23,893 nucleotides of DNA from Candidatus Thorarchaeota archaeon (GTDB lineage: Archaea; Asgardarchaeota; Thorarchaeia; Thorarchaeales; Thorarchaeaceae), in assembly GCA_011364905.1 (NCBI GenBank), contig RDNZ01000042.1, forward strand, positions 1 through 23,893, given 5' to 3'. Shown here piece by piece: positions 1 to 7,974 of the stretch. Positions within the stretch are counted from its first letter, which is position 1, and every line of letters begins with the position of its first letter. A model generated the notes under the pieces. The model was not told the origin of the DNA and ran no database searches. It saw only the letters and a list, made by a program, of their open reading frames with translations. Both the position numbers and the translations under genes were made by a program.

Positions 1-45
1 CCGGAAACAACAGCGCTCAAGAAAGCCCTTGAAAATTATGAATGA
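1..45 (+). CDS. 3' end of an upstream CDS (partial, ...PETTALKKALENYE*), product unknown
   Basis: Frame 1 is open from base 1 to TGA at 43-45, directly followed by the SD-like GTGA and the ATG of the next gene. Confidence 0.5.
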   Translation, partial: PETTALKKALENYE

Positions 46-54
46 AGTGATAGT

Positions 55-507
55 ATGGATAATGAAAGAATGAGGAAATTCATGGCAGAGGCAATAGATG
101 AAGCCAAGAAAGGTCTTGCAGATGGTGGGGTTCCCATTGGCTCGGTTCTTGTAATCGATGACAAGATTGTTGGGAGGGGCCATAACCAACGTATACAGAA
201 AGGTAGCGCGGTCCTTCATGCAGAGATGGACTGTCTGGAAAATGCGGGGAGGCTGACTGCAAAGGACTACAAAAGGTCGGTACTGTTTTCGACCCTCTCG
301 CCATGTGATATGTGCAGCGGAGCAGTGCTTCTCTACGGCATTCCAAAAGTCATTGTGGGTGAGAATAAGACATTCCAAGGACCTGAACAGTACGTTCGTA
401 GCAGAGGGGTCGAAGTAGTGGTTCTGGATGACCCTGAGTGTATCAGGATGATGGAGAAGTTCATCAAAGAGAATCCAATCCTTTGGAACGAGGATATTGG
501 CGAATAA
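55..507 (+). CDS. Cytosine/nucleoside deaminase (CDA fold, yeast Fcy1-like)
   Basis: HAE and PCDMC zinc-binding motifs; GGVPIGSVL and GRGHN; C-terminal WNEDIGE as in Fcy1-type cytosine deaminases. Confidence 0.9.
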   Translation: MDNERMRKFMAEAIDEAKKGLADGGVPIGSVLVIDDKIVGRGHNQRIQKGSAVLHAEMDCLENAGRLTAKDYKRSVLFSTLSPCDMCSGAVLLYGIPKVIVGENKTFQGPEQYVRSRGVEVVVLDDPECIRMMEKFIKENPILWNEDIGE

Positions 508-533
508 TTAGATCGATTATTGGAGATACGAGA

Positions 534-1523
534 GTGTCGAATAAGGAACTAAGGGAAAGGGCCAAGCAACTGGCCAGAGAGCATGGCTATCTCCAATACA
601 TGATTGAACGTTATATTTCGCTCTGGGGTGAAGAGGAAACACTGAAGTTCATTGAAGCGTGTGAACAGCCAATCAGAACCTCTATTCGAGTCAACACACT
701 GAAAATATCAATCACTACTATTCCAAATCGACTCAGGGACAAAGGAGTGGCCCTTGAGAGAATACCATGGTTGGATGAAGGATTCTATGCGGACTATGGT
801 GATTCATCTCCCGGTGCACTTCTTGAGCACATGCTTGGATTCTACTATATTCAAGGAGTCCCATCTATGACAGCTGTACATGTTCTGGATCCTCAACCGG
901 GTGAAACAGTTCTAGATTTAGCAGCAGCACCTGGAGGCAAGACGACTCACATTGCCCAGATAATGAAGAACACAGGAATGGTCGTTGCAGTTGAACAGGA
1001 CAGGCAGCGGATGACCAGCCTTCGGAGCAACATTATCCGTTGCGGTGCTACCAATACTCTCGTTCTCCGGGGAGATGCGAGAAAACTGGATCATCTACCC
1101 TTCAAACCTGACAGAATTCTACTTGATGCACCATGCTCAGGAGAAGGCCTGATCCCCTTAGATCCCTCAAGAAAGACCAGCAAGACCATGGCAGATATCA
1201 GATTCTGTGCCACAAGAGAAGATGAGATGCTGGAGGCTGCAGTCAATGCTCTCGCAGAGGGAGGAACAATGGTCTATTCAACATGTTCCATTGCTCCGGA
1301 GGAGAATGAGTACATCATAGATGACATCTTGAAACGGCATCCAGAAATGGAATTGGTGAGAATACCAACGGAGTTTGGCTCACCCGGATACTCTGAACCA
1401 TATGGCGTTCAGCTAAATAAGTCCTTAACGCTTGCTAGGAGGTTTCTACCACACCTCCATGGGACTGAGGGCTTTTTCATCTGCAAGATGATGAAGAGAA
1501 GGAGGACTTCAGATGGGGATTGA
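534..1523 (+). CDS. RsmB/NOL1/NOP2-family RNA cytosine-C5 methyltransferase
   Basis: DLAAAPGGKT, DAPCSG and YSTCS motifs with both catalytic Cys; TEGFFI near the C-terminus. Start moved from 438 to GTG 534 because of GGAG at 522-525 and to avoid overlapping the deaminase. Confidence 0.93.
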   Translation: MSNKELRERAKQLAREHGYLQYMIERYISLWGEEETLKFIEACEQPIRTSIRVNTLKISITTIPNRLRDKGVALERIPWLDEGFYADYGDSSPGALLEHMLGFYYIQGVPSMTAVHVLDPQPGETVLDLAAAPGGKTTHIAQIMKNTGMVVAVEQDRQRMTSLRSNIIRCGATNTLVLRGDARKLDHLPFKPDRILLDAPCSGEGLIPLDPSRKTSKTMADIRFCATREDEMLEAAVNALAEGGTMVYSTCSIAPEENEYIIDDILKRHPEMELVRIPTEFGSPGYSEPYGVQLNKSLTLARRFLPHLHGTEGFFICKMMKRRRTSDGD

Positions 1524-2055
1524 ACTTGTCGATCCTGTGGACTGGGACTCCATAACAGAGCAGATCGACATCGAATTTGGAGAGGGAACGACAAAGGCCC
1601 TTCTTGGTGATCGTGTGCCTGTCAAGATAGCCAAGGAAAAATCAATTATTTTCTATGCAATCCCAATGGATTGGATGACCAGACTGACTGAGGTTTCTGA
1701 AGAGCTTGACTTTCAGTTCATTGGAAAAGAGCTCGGGACTCTGGAAAAAGGACGGTTCAGACTGGGTCTACAGGTCTTGAGCGAACTGGCTAAAATCACT
1801 CACAGCTTCATTATCGTGTCAAAGAAAGCAGCTGAAGCATTTACCTATGGAAGGAGCATCATAAGAGAGTCTGTGCTAGAGCTAAATCCCTCACTTGTAA
1901 GGGGTCAGCGAGTGCTTGTACTCAATAAGAACAGAGAATGTCTGGGAATGGCGTCCCTATCAGTAGATGCAGCCAAGCTTTTACGCTTAGGCGGAGACCG
2001 ACTTGTTGCTAAGAACTTGGTAGACGTAGGTTGGTTCCTTAGACGCCTAGGCTAG
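1513..2055 (+). CDS. PUA-domain protein, NIP7-like ribosome biogenesis factor
   Basis: C-terminal PUA-like segment (AFTYGRSI...VLVLNKNRECLGMA...DVGWFLR); overlaps the NOP2-like gene, a common archaeal pairing. Confidence 0.8.
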   Translation: MGIELVDPVDWDSITEQIDIEFGEGTTKALLGDRVPVKIAKEKSIIFYAIPMDWMTRLTEVSEELDFQFIGKELGTLEKGRFRLGLQVLSELAKITHSFIIVSKKAAEAFTYGRSIIRESVLELNPSLVRGQRVLVLNKNRECLGMASLSVDAAKLLRLGGDRLVAKNLVDVGWFLRRLG

Positions 2056-2798
2056 ACGAACATGTCTGTTGAGCGGTCCGAGTCTTCGATTGATTTTCTC
2101 ATCTTTTCTAGACGCTCAATCTCTCGGGACTCCTCCAAGAGCTGTTCGACATTTGCCCCAACCCCGTAAATTTCATTTATTTTCTCAAGCATGGCCGCTG
2201 CAGAACGAGGATCTGGACGACCCCTGGTCGCGTAAGTGAGCAGACCAAGTGCTGGAGCATCAAGCATCTCAAGTTCTGCAAGAAACAATGCTAAAGGTCC
2301 TGCTACAAATAGGCCTTCCTCAAGAAGTGGAACTTTCCATTTATCAAGCATTTCTTTGTATGCAGTAGTAGGAACACATCGCATATCCTGTTCATCTTCT
2401 TTGAACGAGGCATCAAGACCACCAAGGAGGAGAGTTTCCTTGAACTTGTTTTCAATCACCCAGCTTGCAAGCTTGTCAATGAATCCCCATTGTTCAGATT
2501 GGTGAGGTTGAAATCGTGGTACAAGGAAGACCATCTTCTTCTTATCATACGAGTAGAGCTCAAATGGTAGTACAAGACGTCCACTCTCCATAGAAACGAA
2601 GAGCGGAAGCATATCACTTTTGATAAACCCAATGCGCTCAGCTTCCAGGGTTCGGGTCAGGTGAGCGGTACTCAGGAATCCTACTTCGCCCAGACCATGA
2701 AATCCACAGATGAATGTTGATCCAGGTTTGACCTTGAATTCCTTCTTCAGGATGATTTTAAACGATGAATCAGTGGTAGCTACGAATGCCATGACCAT
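2052..2798 (-). CDS. PAC2-family proteasome assembly chaperone homologue (PbaA/PbaB-like)
   Basis: GFHGLGEVG, LLLGG and PDPRSAA motifs; C-terminal DMFV (HbYX-like). Confidence 0.88.
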   Translation of the reverse strand: MVMAFVATTDSSFKIILKKEFKVKPGSTFICGFHGLGEVGFLSTAHLTRTLEAERIGFIKSDMLPLFVSMESGRLVLPFELYSYDKKKMVFLVPRFQPHQSEQWGFIDKLASWVIENKFKETLLLGGLDASFKEDEQDMRCVPTTAYKEMLDKWKVPLLEEGLFVAGPLALFLAELEMLDAPALGLLTYATRGRPDPRSAAAMLEKINEIYGVGANVEQLLEESREIERLEKMRKSIEDSDRSTDMFV

Positions 2799-3060
2799 TC
2801 AAACCTCAATTGAGAAACTGGTTTCAACCTCAAGCTAGGCTATATGATAGGCTTCTGAGGGATGCTTTTGAGGCTTTGTATGTGTCTAGATAAGATAGAC
2901 ATTCAATGGCTGATTTGATGCTCTCGAGCAAAAAGACAAAGTATAGACTGCTCATTTTTGGACCAGCTCAGCGGTATAGTGGCCAGCCACACACAAAACT
3001 AATAGGATAATATACTATATCCTCATATCATTGTATGCGCAATTGACGGAATGGGTCTAA

Positions 3061-5262
3061 TTGAGCACTCTAAGGGAATTAGAACTTCAACAGGTTGCCC
3101 CCCGTCTGTTGGAGTTGCTCAGAAGGCAAGGACTTGCCACACTAACTAGATTCCAGTCCGTGTCGGTACAACAGGAAATCATGAGAGGAAAGAGCCAGAT
3201 TCTTGTGACATATGATTATGATGAAGCCCACTTGGTGGCTGAGATTGCCCTTCTTAATCGAATTGCGTCAGATCATAGAGCAAGAGCCTTGGTCCTATGT
3301 CCAAATCCCCATCAGGCGGAGAAACGATTTCGTTCATTGAGTCAGAAATGTTACCGATTGGGTATTGAGGCATCTGAGATTATTCGTAGAAGGACCGCAA
3401 CAAGAGCGTCAGCAGGCTCTGGTAGGGTTATAGTTTCAACCTTTAGAGCTCTGGATATCGCTGCACGGGTGAATCCGGACATTCTGAATGGGGTTTCGTA
3501 CGTGCTTGTCGATCGACTTGACCTGATAGGACAGCCGGGGATAGGAGCACGTCTTGAAACAGTTCTTGTGACTCTATTGGGTCGAGCTGATATCCAATAT
3601 GTGGCAATCTGTCCGCCCCTTGATGATGTAGATGATCTAGGCACATGGCTGGATGCTGAAATTGTGAGAGATCCGAAACCGGATGTAAAACTGATTTGTA
3701 GTGTGAAGACCTTTGAAGATTCAGATGACTCTCTCTCTGGACTCACAGAGTTTGTAACCCATCGACAAGGGCAAGTGATGATTCTTTGTGCAAACATCCC
3801 CAGTTGTGAGGAGCTCGCGCTGCAACTCGCTGGAATAGAGAAGGGCAAGATGGCAATGGCCGTGGATCTCAAGTTGGCTCCGGAATACCGTGACGACCTT
3901 AGGCTGCTCTCACACGAAATCAAAGAAAAATACCTTCGATGCAAAACCACAGTCGATCTGGCAAAGGTGATACCGAAAGGGGTGGGATTTATTCATGAAG
4001 GAGTTGCAACCGTACAGAGAAGAACAGTTTCAGAGGCCTGGGAGGATGGGCTTCTGCCAATCCTGGTAATGCCCACACGTTTTGCTATTGCAAGTGGACT
4101 AAGAGCCACGGTTGTGTTCCTGATGGGCGTATTCATGCAGGAGTTCGGAGAGGAGACCTCTCAAGATGACGCAGTCGCCATGCTCTCAGAGTGGCAACTG
4201 AGCGATGTGCTTGAAGCAGCAGGAAGAAGGGGAATTGACAATGAGGCGTTTGGCATAGTTGTTGTTGACAATGAATCAGAAAGATTGCGAGTGATTGCTA
4301 AGTACTTTCAGAAGGACCCGAAGGGAAACCTACAGCCCAGACGCGGCGAAGTAGATACTATTATGGATGAAACAGAGAATATTCAGGATTTAGTGTTACA
4401 CCAACTTTGTGGAAACGAGGAGAGGGGAGAAGATCCATTCTCAGTGATTGATCGTACATTCTGGGGGAGCAGCAGCCTAGTGACAGATATTAGTCAGGCA
4501 GAACCTCAAGATAAACAGGCAGTTGAGAGACTGCTGACACTGCGTTCTACTCGGACCACCCTTCTAAGAGCCAAAGAGATCCCTGATAAAAGCGTGAAAC
4601 TCGTTTCTGTCAGACCAGACAAGATAGAGGGCCTTGTGCATAGTGGAAGCAGAGAGATCTGGCACTATACGACATTACGAGCCAAAGAAGGTGTTTCATG
4701 CTCTTGCGAGTCATGGAAATATCAAGGTATTAGAAGACACAGGCTCTGCAAACATCTGATAAAATTCTCAAGGTATGCCCTCAACGAGAGAGAAACCGAA
4801 CCCTACGCTGCAGGAGTGATAATGCAAGCACTTAGAGGGCTTGAAGTGTTTGATGAACTAGAGGCGGATCGACTCATAGTTCGCAATAAGGAGGAAACAC
4901 GCTGTACGGACCTTGGAAAGGATGTTGCATTTCTCGGCGTTCCGGTGAAAGATGCCAAGAGGGTGATGAAGGCTATTGCTGATGAGAAGAGCGATTTGAA
5001 GACGATTCTGAGGAATGTTGTGCTAGCCAAGACAACCATTCCAAAGGGAGTTGTAAATCGTGTCCTGAGTAAATTACCAGCAAAGAATATCGAAGAAATC
5101 GTCTGTGAGGAAGACATGCCAGGAATTGTGGAGAATTGTCTCGAGGAACTAGAGTATGTCAACTCAATCTTGTTGAAGCTTTTGGATTCCAAACATAGAG
5201 CAAGGACAGAGTGTGAGAAGCTCGAAGAGGATTTACTTTCAATTTTAGAGTCCATGAGGTAA
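3061..5262 (+). CDS. Hel308/Ski2-like SF2 helicase derivative, apparently ATPase-inactive, with an inserted SWIM zinc finger
   Basis: Hel308-like layout (LTRFQ Q-motif, GARLE, WLDA, GVGFIHEG, RTFW, CTDLG) with degenerate motifs I, II, III and VI; CSC-x13-CKH at 4699-4755; TTG start. Confidence 0.82.
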   Translation: MSTLRELELQQVAPRLLELLRRQGLATLTRFQSVSVQQEIMRGKSQILVTYDYDEAHLVAEIALLNRIASDHRARALVLCPNPHQAEKRFRSLSQKCYRLGIEASEIIRRRTATRASAGSGRVIVSTFRALDIAARVNPDILNGVSYVLVDRLDLIGQPGIGARLETVLVTLLGRADIQYVAICPPLDDVDDLGTWLDAEIVRDPKPDVKLICSVKTFEDSDDSLSGLTEFVTHRQGQVMILCANIPSCEELALQLAGIEKGKMAMAVDLKLAPEYRDDLRLLSHEIKEKYLRCKTTVDLAKVIPKGVGFIHEGVATVQRRTVSEAWEDGLLPILVMPTRFAIASGLRATVVFLMGVFMQEFGEETSQDDAVAMLSEWQLSDVLEAAGRRGIDNEAFGIVVVDNESERLRVIAKYFQKDPKGNLQPRRGEVDTIMDETENIQDLVLHQLCGNEERGEDPFSVIDRTFWGSSSLVTDISQAEPQDKQAVERLLTLRSTRTTLLRAKEIPDKSVKLVSVRPDKIEGLVHSGSREIWHYTTLRAKEGVSCSCESWKYQGIRRHRLCKHLIKFSRYALNERETEPYAAGVIMQALRGLEVFDELEADRLIVRNKEETRCTDLGKDVAFLGVPVKDAKRVMKAIADEKSDLKTILRNVVLAKTTIPKGVVNRVLSKLPAKNIEEIVCEEDMPGIVENCLEELEYVNSILLKLLDSKHRARTECEKLEEDLLSILESMR

Positions 5263-5332
5263 CATTTTTACGTCGGTAGACTCGTGGCGGCTCAGACCTT
5301 GAGCACTATGAGGCCTAACTGGTGATAGCCCA

Positions 5333-6478
5333 ATGAAGTTGTTTGAACATGAGGCAAAGGACATTTTTCGTGCCTTTAATCTGCCAACCCCTCCGGGAGG
5401 ACTCGCTAAGACTCCAAAAGAGGCAAGAGAACGTGCAGTTGAGGTTGGGAAACCTGTTGCAGTGAAAGCGATGGTACTTGCTGGTAAACGTGGAAAAGCA
5501 GGTGGCGTGAAGTTTGCAGACACACCACAGGAAGCGGAAAAGCGTGCTGAAGAAATTCTAAAAATGCGTATCAATGACCTTCCTGTAAGCGCCGTGTTGG
5601 TTGAAGAAAAGCTAAACGTGGAACAAGAGATCTACGCAGGAATTACAGTTGATAGAAATGAACGAAAGTATGTTGTGATTGGCAGTGCTTCAGGTGGAAT
5701 GTCAATCGAGGAACTCGCTGAGAAAAGCCCAGAAAAGATTGTCAAGATGTATGTCGATCCCAATCTTGGCTTCCAGCCTTACGAGGCTCGCCAGATGGCA
5801 ATATCCATGGGATTCAAAGGGAAAGCTATCAGTCAACTAGGAAGTTTCTTTCAGAAACTATGGAATATTGTCGAGGCCTACGATGTTGAACTCACAGAAA
5901 TCAATCCACTAATACTTACTAAGGAGGGCAAGTTCTTTGCTGCTGATGCGAGATTAAACATCGATGACAACTCACTTTTCAGACATAAGGCAATGATTGA
6001 GAAACTGAAACGCGAACCAGTTGAACAGAATGACCGCGAAAGAATGGCTACTGAGCATGACATGGCGTATGTAGAACTCGATGGAAACATTGCATGCATC
6101 TGCAATGGTGCAGGCCTCACAATGGCCACCCTTGATGCAGTATCGGTCTATGGGGGAGAAGCAAGTACCTTTCTCGACCTCGGGGGTGGCGCAGATGCTG
6201 AAAGAGTAGAGAAAGGCATTGAGATTGCCTTGATGTACCCAAAGGTGAAAGCCATTCTTGTTAACATCATGGGAGGTATCACAAGATGCGACGAAGTGGC
6301 AAAGGGAATACTAGCAGCACGAGATGAAGGTGAAATCACAACTCCAATGGTGATTCGAATGGTAGGAACCAACGAGGAAGAGGGTCAGGAGATTCTAAAG
6401 GAAGCTGGAATACCTTTCCTCAAGACGATGGAGGAGGCTGCCTCAAAGGTGGTTGAGCTTGTAAAGGAGGTTGCGTAG
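5333..6478 (+). CDS. sucC: Succinyl-CoA synthetase beta subunit
   Basis: MKLFEHEAK, GKRGKAGGV, EINPL, NGAGLTMATLD, FLDLGGGA, NIMGGITRCD, RMVGTN; SD GGTGA upstream. Confidence 0.96.
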   Translation: MKLFEHEAKDIFRAFNLPTPPGGLAKTPKEARERAVEVGKPVAVKAMVLAGKRGKAGGVKFADTPQEAEKRAEEILKMRINDLPVSAVLVEEKLNVEQEIYAGITVDRNERKYVVIGSASGGMSIEELAEKSPEKIVKMYVDPNLGFQPYEARQMAISMGFKGKAISQLGSFFQKLWNIVEAYDVELTEINPLILTKEGKFFAADARLNIDDNSLFRHKAMIEKLKREPVEQNDRERMATEHDMAYVELDGNIACICNGAGLTMATLDAVSVYGGEASTFLDLGGGADAERVEKGIEIALMYPKVKAILVNIMGGITRCDEVAKGILAARDEGEITTPMVIRMVGTNEEEGQEILKEAGIPFLKTMEEAASKVVELVKEVA

Positions 6479-7348
6479 ATGGCTGTTTTAGTCGATAAGG
6501 ACACAAGGGTTGTAGTGCAAGGAATCACTGGAACCCAGGGGAGATACCACACTGCTTCAATGCTAAAATACGGCACAAAGGTGGTCGCTGGAACTTCACC
6601 CGGTAAGTCGGGGCAGGAGGTCAATGGCGTACCTGTCTTTGATAGTATTTCTGAGGCGGTCAAGGCAGAGGATGCGACAGCCTCGATAATATTCATCCCA
6701 GCTCCATTTGCAGGTGACGCAGCACTAGAAGCAATTGCCGCAGGTCTCAATCCTGTTGTAGTGATTACAGAGCATGTGCCTGTGAAGGACGAGATTCGGA
6801 TGATTCACGCTGCAAAACAAAAAGGAATCACAGTGATCGGGCCCAATACTCCAGGAGTCATTGTGCCCGGGGCAAAACAGAAGGTTGGAATCATGCCCGG
6901 ACATGTCTTCTCTGATGGGAAAGTTGGACTGATGTCTCGGAGTGGAACACTCACCTATGAAATCGCGGCGGGTATGACGAATGCCGGCATAGGAATCTCA
7001 ACTGCTATTGGTCTAGGAGGCGATCCGTGCGTAGGGCTCACCACAATCGAAGGCGTAAAACTGTTCAAGGAAGACAAGAACACCAAAGCACTCGTGATTG
7101 TTGGCGAGATTGGTGGAGATGCAGAGGAGCGTGCTGCTACATACATCAGCAAGGAGTACGACCTTCCAGTTGTAGGATTCATAGCAGGCAGGACGGCTCC
7201 ACCTGGAAAAAGAATGGGACATGCTGGTGCCATAATAAGCGGGAGCGCAGGGACCGCAGCTGCAAAAATCAAGGCGCTAAATGATGCAGGAGTGGAGGTT
7301 GCAGAGAAGCCGAGTGATGTTGCTAGACTCTTAAAAGAATCTCTCTGA
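6479..7348 (+). CDS. sucD: Succinyl-CoA synthetase alpha subunit
   Basis: VQGITG, GPNTPG, SRSGTLTYE, GEIGG, and RMGHAGA containing the phosphorylated His. Confidence 0.97.
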   Translation: MAVLVDKDTRVVVQGITGTQGRYHTASMLKYGTKVVAGTSPGKSGQEVNGVPVFDSISEAVKAEDATASIIFIPAPFAGDAALEAIAAGLNPVVVITEHVPVKDEIRMIHAAKQKGITVIGPNTPGVIVPGAKQKVGIMPGHVFSDGKVGLMSRSGTLTYEIAAGMTNAGIGISTAIGLGGDPCVGLTTIEGVKLFKEDKNTKALVIVGEIGGDAEERAATYISKEYDLPVVGFIAGRTAPPGKRMGHAGAIISGSAGTAAAKIKALNDAGVEVAEKPSDVARLLKESL

Positions 7349-7370
7349 GTGGTTCCGAGAACCACTATTT
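7348..7370 (+). terminator. Hairpin after sucD, putative terminator or processing stem
   Basis: Perfect inverted repeat AGTGGTTC-CGA-GAACCACT (7348-7366) followed by ATTT. Confidence 0.5.
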
Positions 7371-7380
7371 GTGGAAAGAG

Positions 7381-7395
7381 CACAAGCTTTTAAAA
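7381..7395 (+). promoter_or_regulatory. Putative BRE/TATA promoter of the rpl40e-tRNA-Val-rpl38e unit
   Basis: TTTTAAAA at 7388-7395 preceded by CACAAGC, about 75 nt upstream of the rpl40e ATG. Confidence 0.55.
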
Positions 7396-7468
7396 CACAA
7401 CACAGCTGGAAAGCCGAGCGGACTGACTAGAATCTACTCTGTTCGCCTTATGATTGGAGGTCTTAGAG

Positions 7469-7627
7469 ATGCCAGTAGCTGACATCGAAAAACGTAGGCT
7501 AGCACAGCACTACCAACTGTACAAATCGGTTTGCCGATACTGTGGAGCTACTAATCCATTGAAGGCAAAGAAGTGCAGAAAGTGCAAGAATAAAGACCTC
7601 AGACCAAAGAGGCGTCAGAAGAAGTAG
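7469..7627 (+). CDS. rpl40e: 50S ribosomal protein eL40 (52 aa; not in the ORF track)
   Basis: Manual translation MPVADIEKRRLAQHYQLYKSVCRYCGATNPLKAKKCRKCKNKDLRPKRRQKK*; CxxC...CRKC...LRPK signature; SD GGAGGT upstream. Confidence 0.95.
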   Translation: MPVADIEKRRLAQHYQLYKSVCRYCGATNPLKAKKCRKCKNKDLRPKRRQKK

Positions 7628-7652
7628 TTCACAGATCGCATGGCCAATAATT

Positions 7653-7730
7653 GGGCCGGTGGTCTAGCCCGGTTATGACGTCGCCTTCACACGGCGAAGG
7701 TCACGAGTTCGAATCTCGTCCGGCCCACCA
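7653..7730 (+). tRNA. tRNA-Val(CAC), intronless, CCA encoded
   Basis: Acceptor stem GGGCCGG/CCGGCCC plus ACCA; anticodon stem TCGCC/GGCGA with loop TT-CAC-AC (anticodon 7688-7690); T arm ACGAG-TTCGAAT-CTCGT. Confidence 0.97.
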
Positions 7731-7758
7731 CTTAACAACGACTGAATGGTGCTTAGCA

Positions 7759-7974
7759 ATGCCAAAACAAATCTATGATACCGACAAATTCCTCGAAATG
7801 ACCGAGGATGCAGAGGAGTGCCGTGTCAAACGAAGCAAGGACCACGTGAAACTCAAGCTCCGGACTCGTAGCTACCTCTATACACTCATTGTTGAGCCCC
7901 AGAAAGCAGAAGAAATACTCCAACAGGTCAAGTGTCAAGTGATTGAAGCAAGACCCAGTGCTGAAGAGGATTAG
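7759..7974 (+). CDS. rpl38e: Ribosomal protein eL38 (71 aa)
   Basis: MPKQI...KF and KLKLRTRSYLYTL resemble the eL38 signature (KFKVRCSRYLYTL in eukaryotes). The track start at 7651 runs through the tRNA; the likely start is ATG 7759. Confidence 0.9.
   Translation: MPKQIYDTDKFLEMTEDAEECRVKRSKDHVKLKLRTRSYLYTLIVEPQKAEEILQQVKCQVIEARPSAEED

Noticed and set aside
2830-3010. Small ORFs in the divergent gap (41 aa minus, 34 aa plus); checked for nop10
   Set aside because: No similarity to Nop10 or other known small proteins, and no clear SD.
7651-7758. N-terminal extension of the 7651-7974 ORF
   Set aside because: It is the tRNA-Val sequence read in frame; eL38 starts at 7759.
7653-7760. tRNA as an integration site, or any mobile element or CRISPR array
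   Set aside because: No duplicated tRNA 3' end, integrase, transposase or regularly spaced repeats seen; flanks are core genes.
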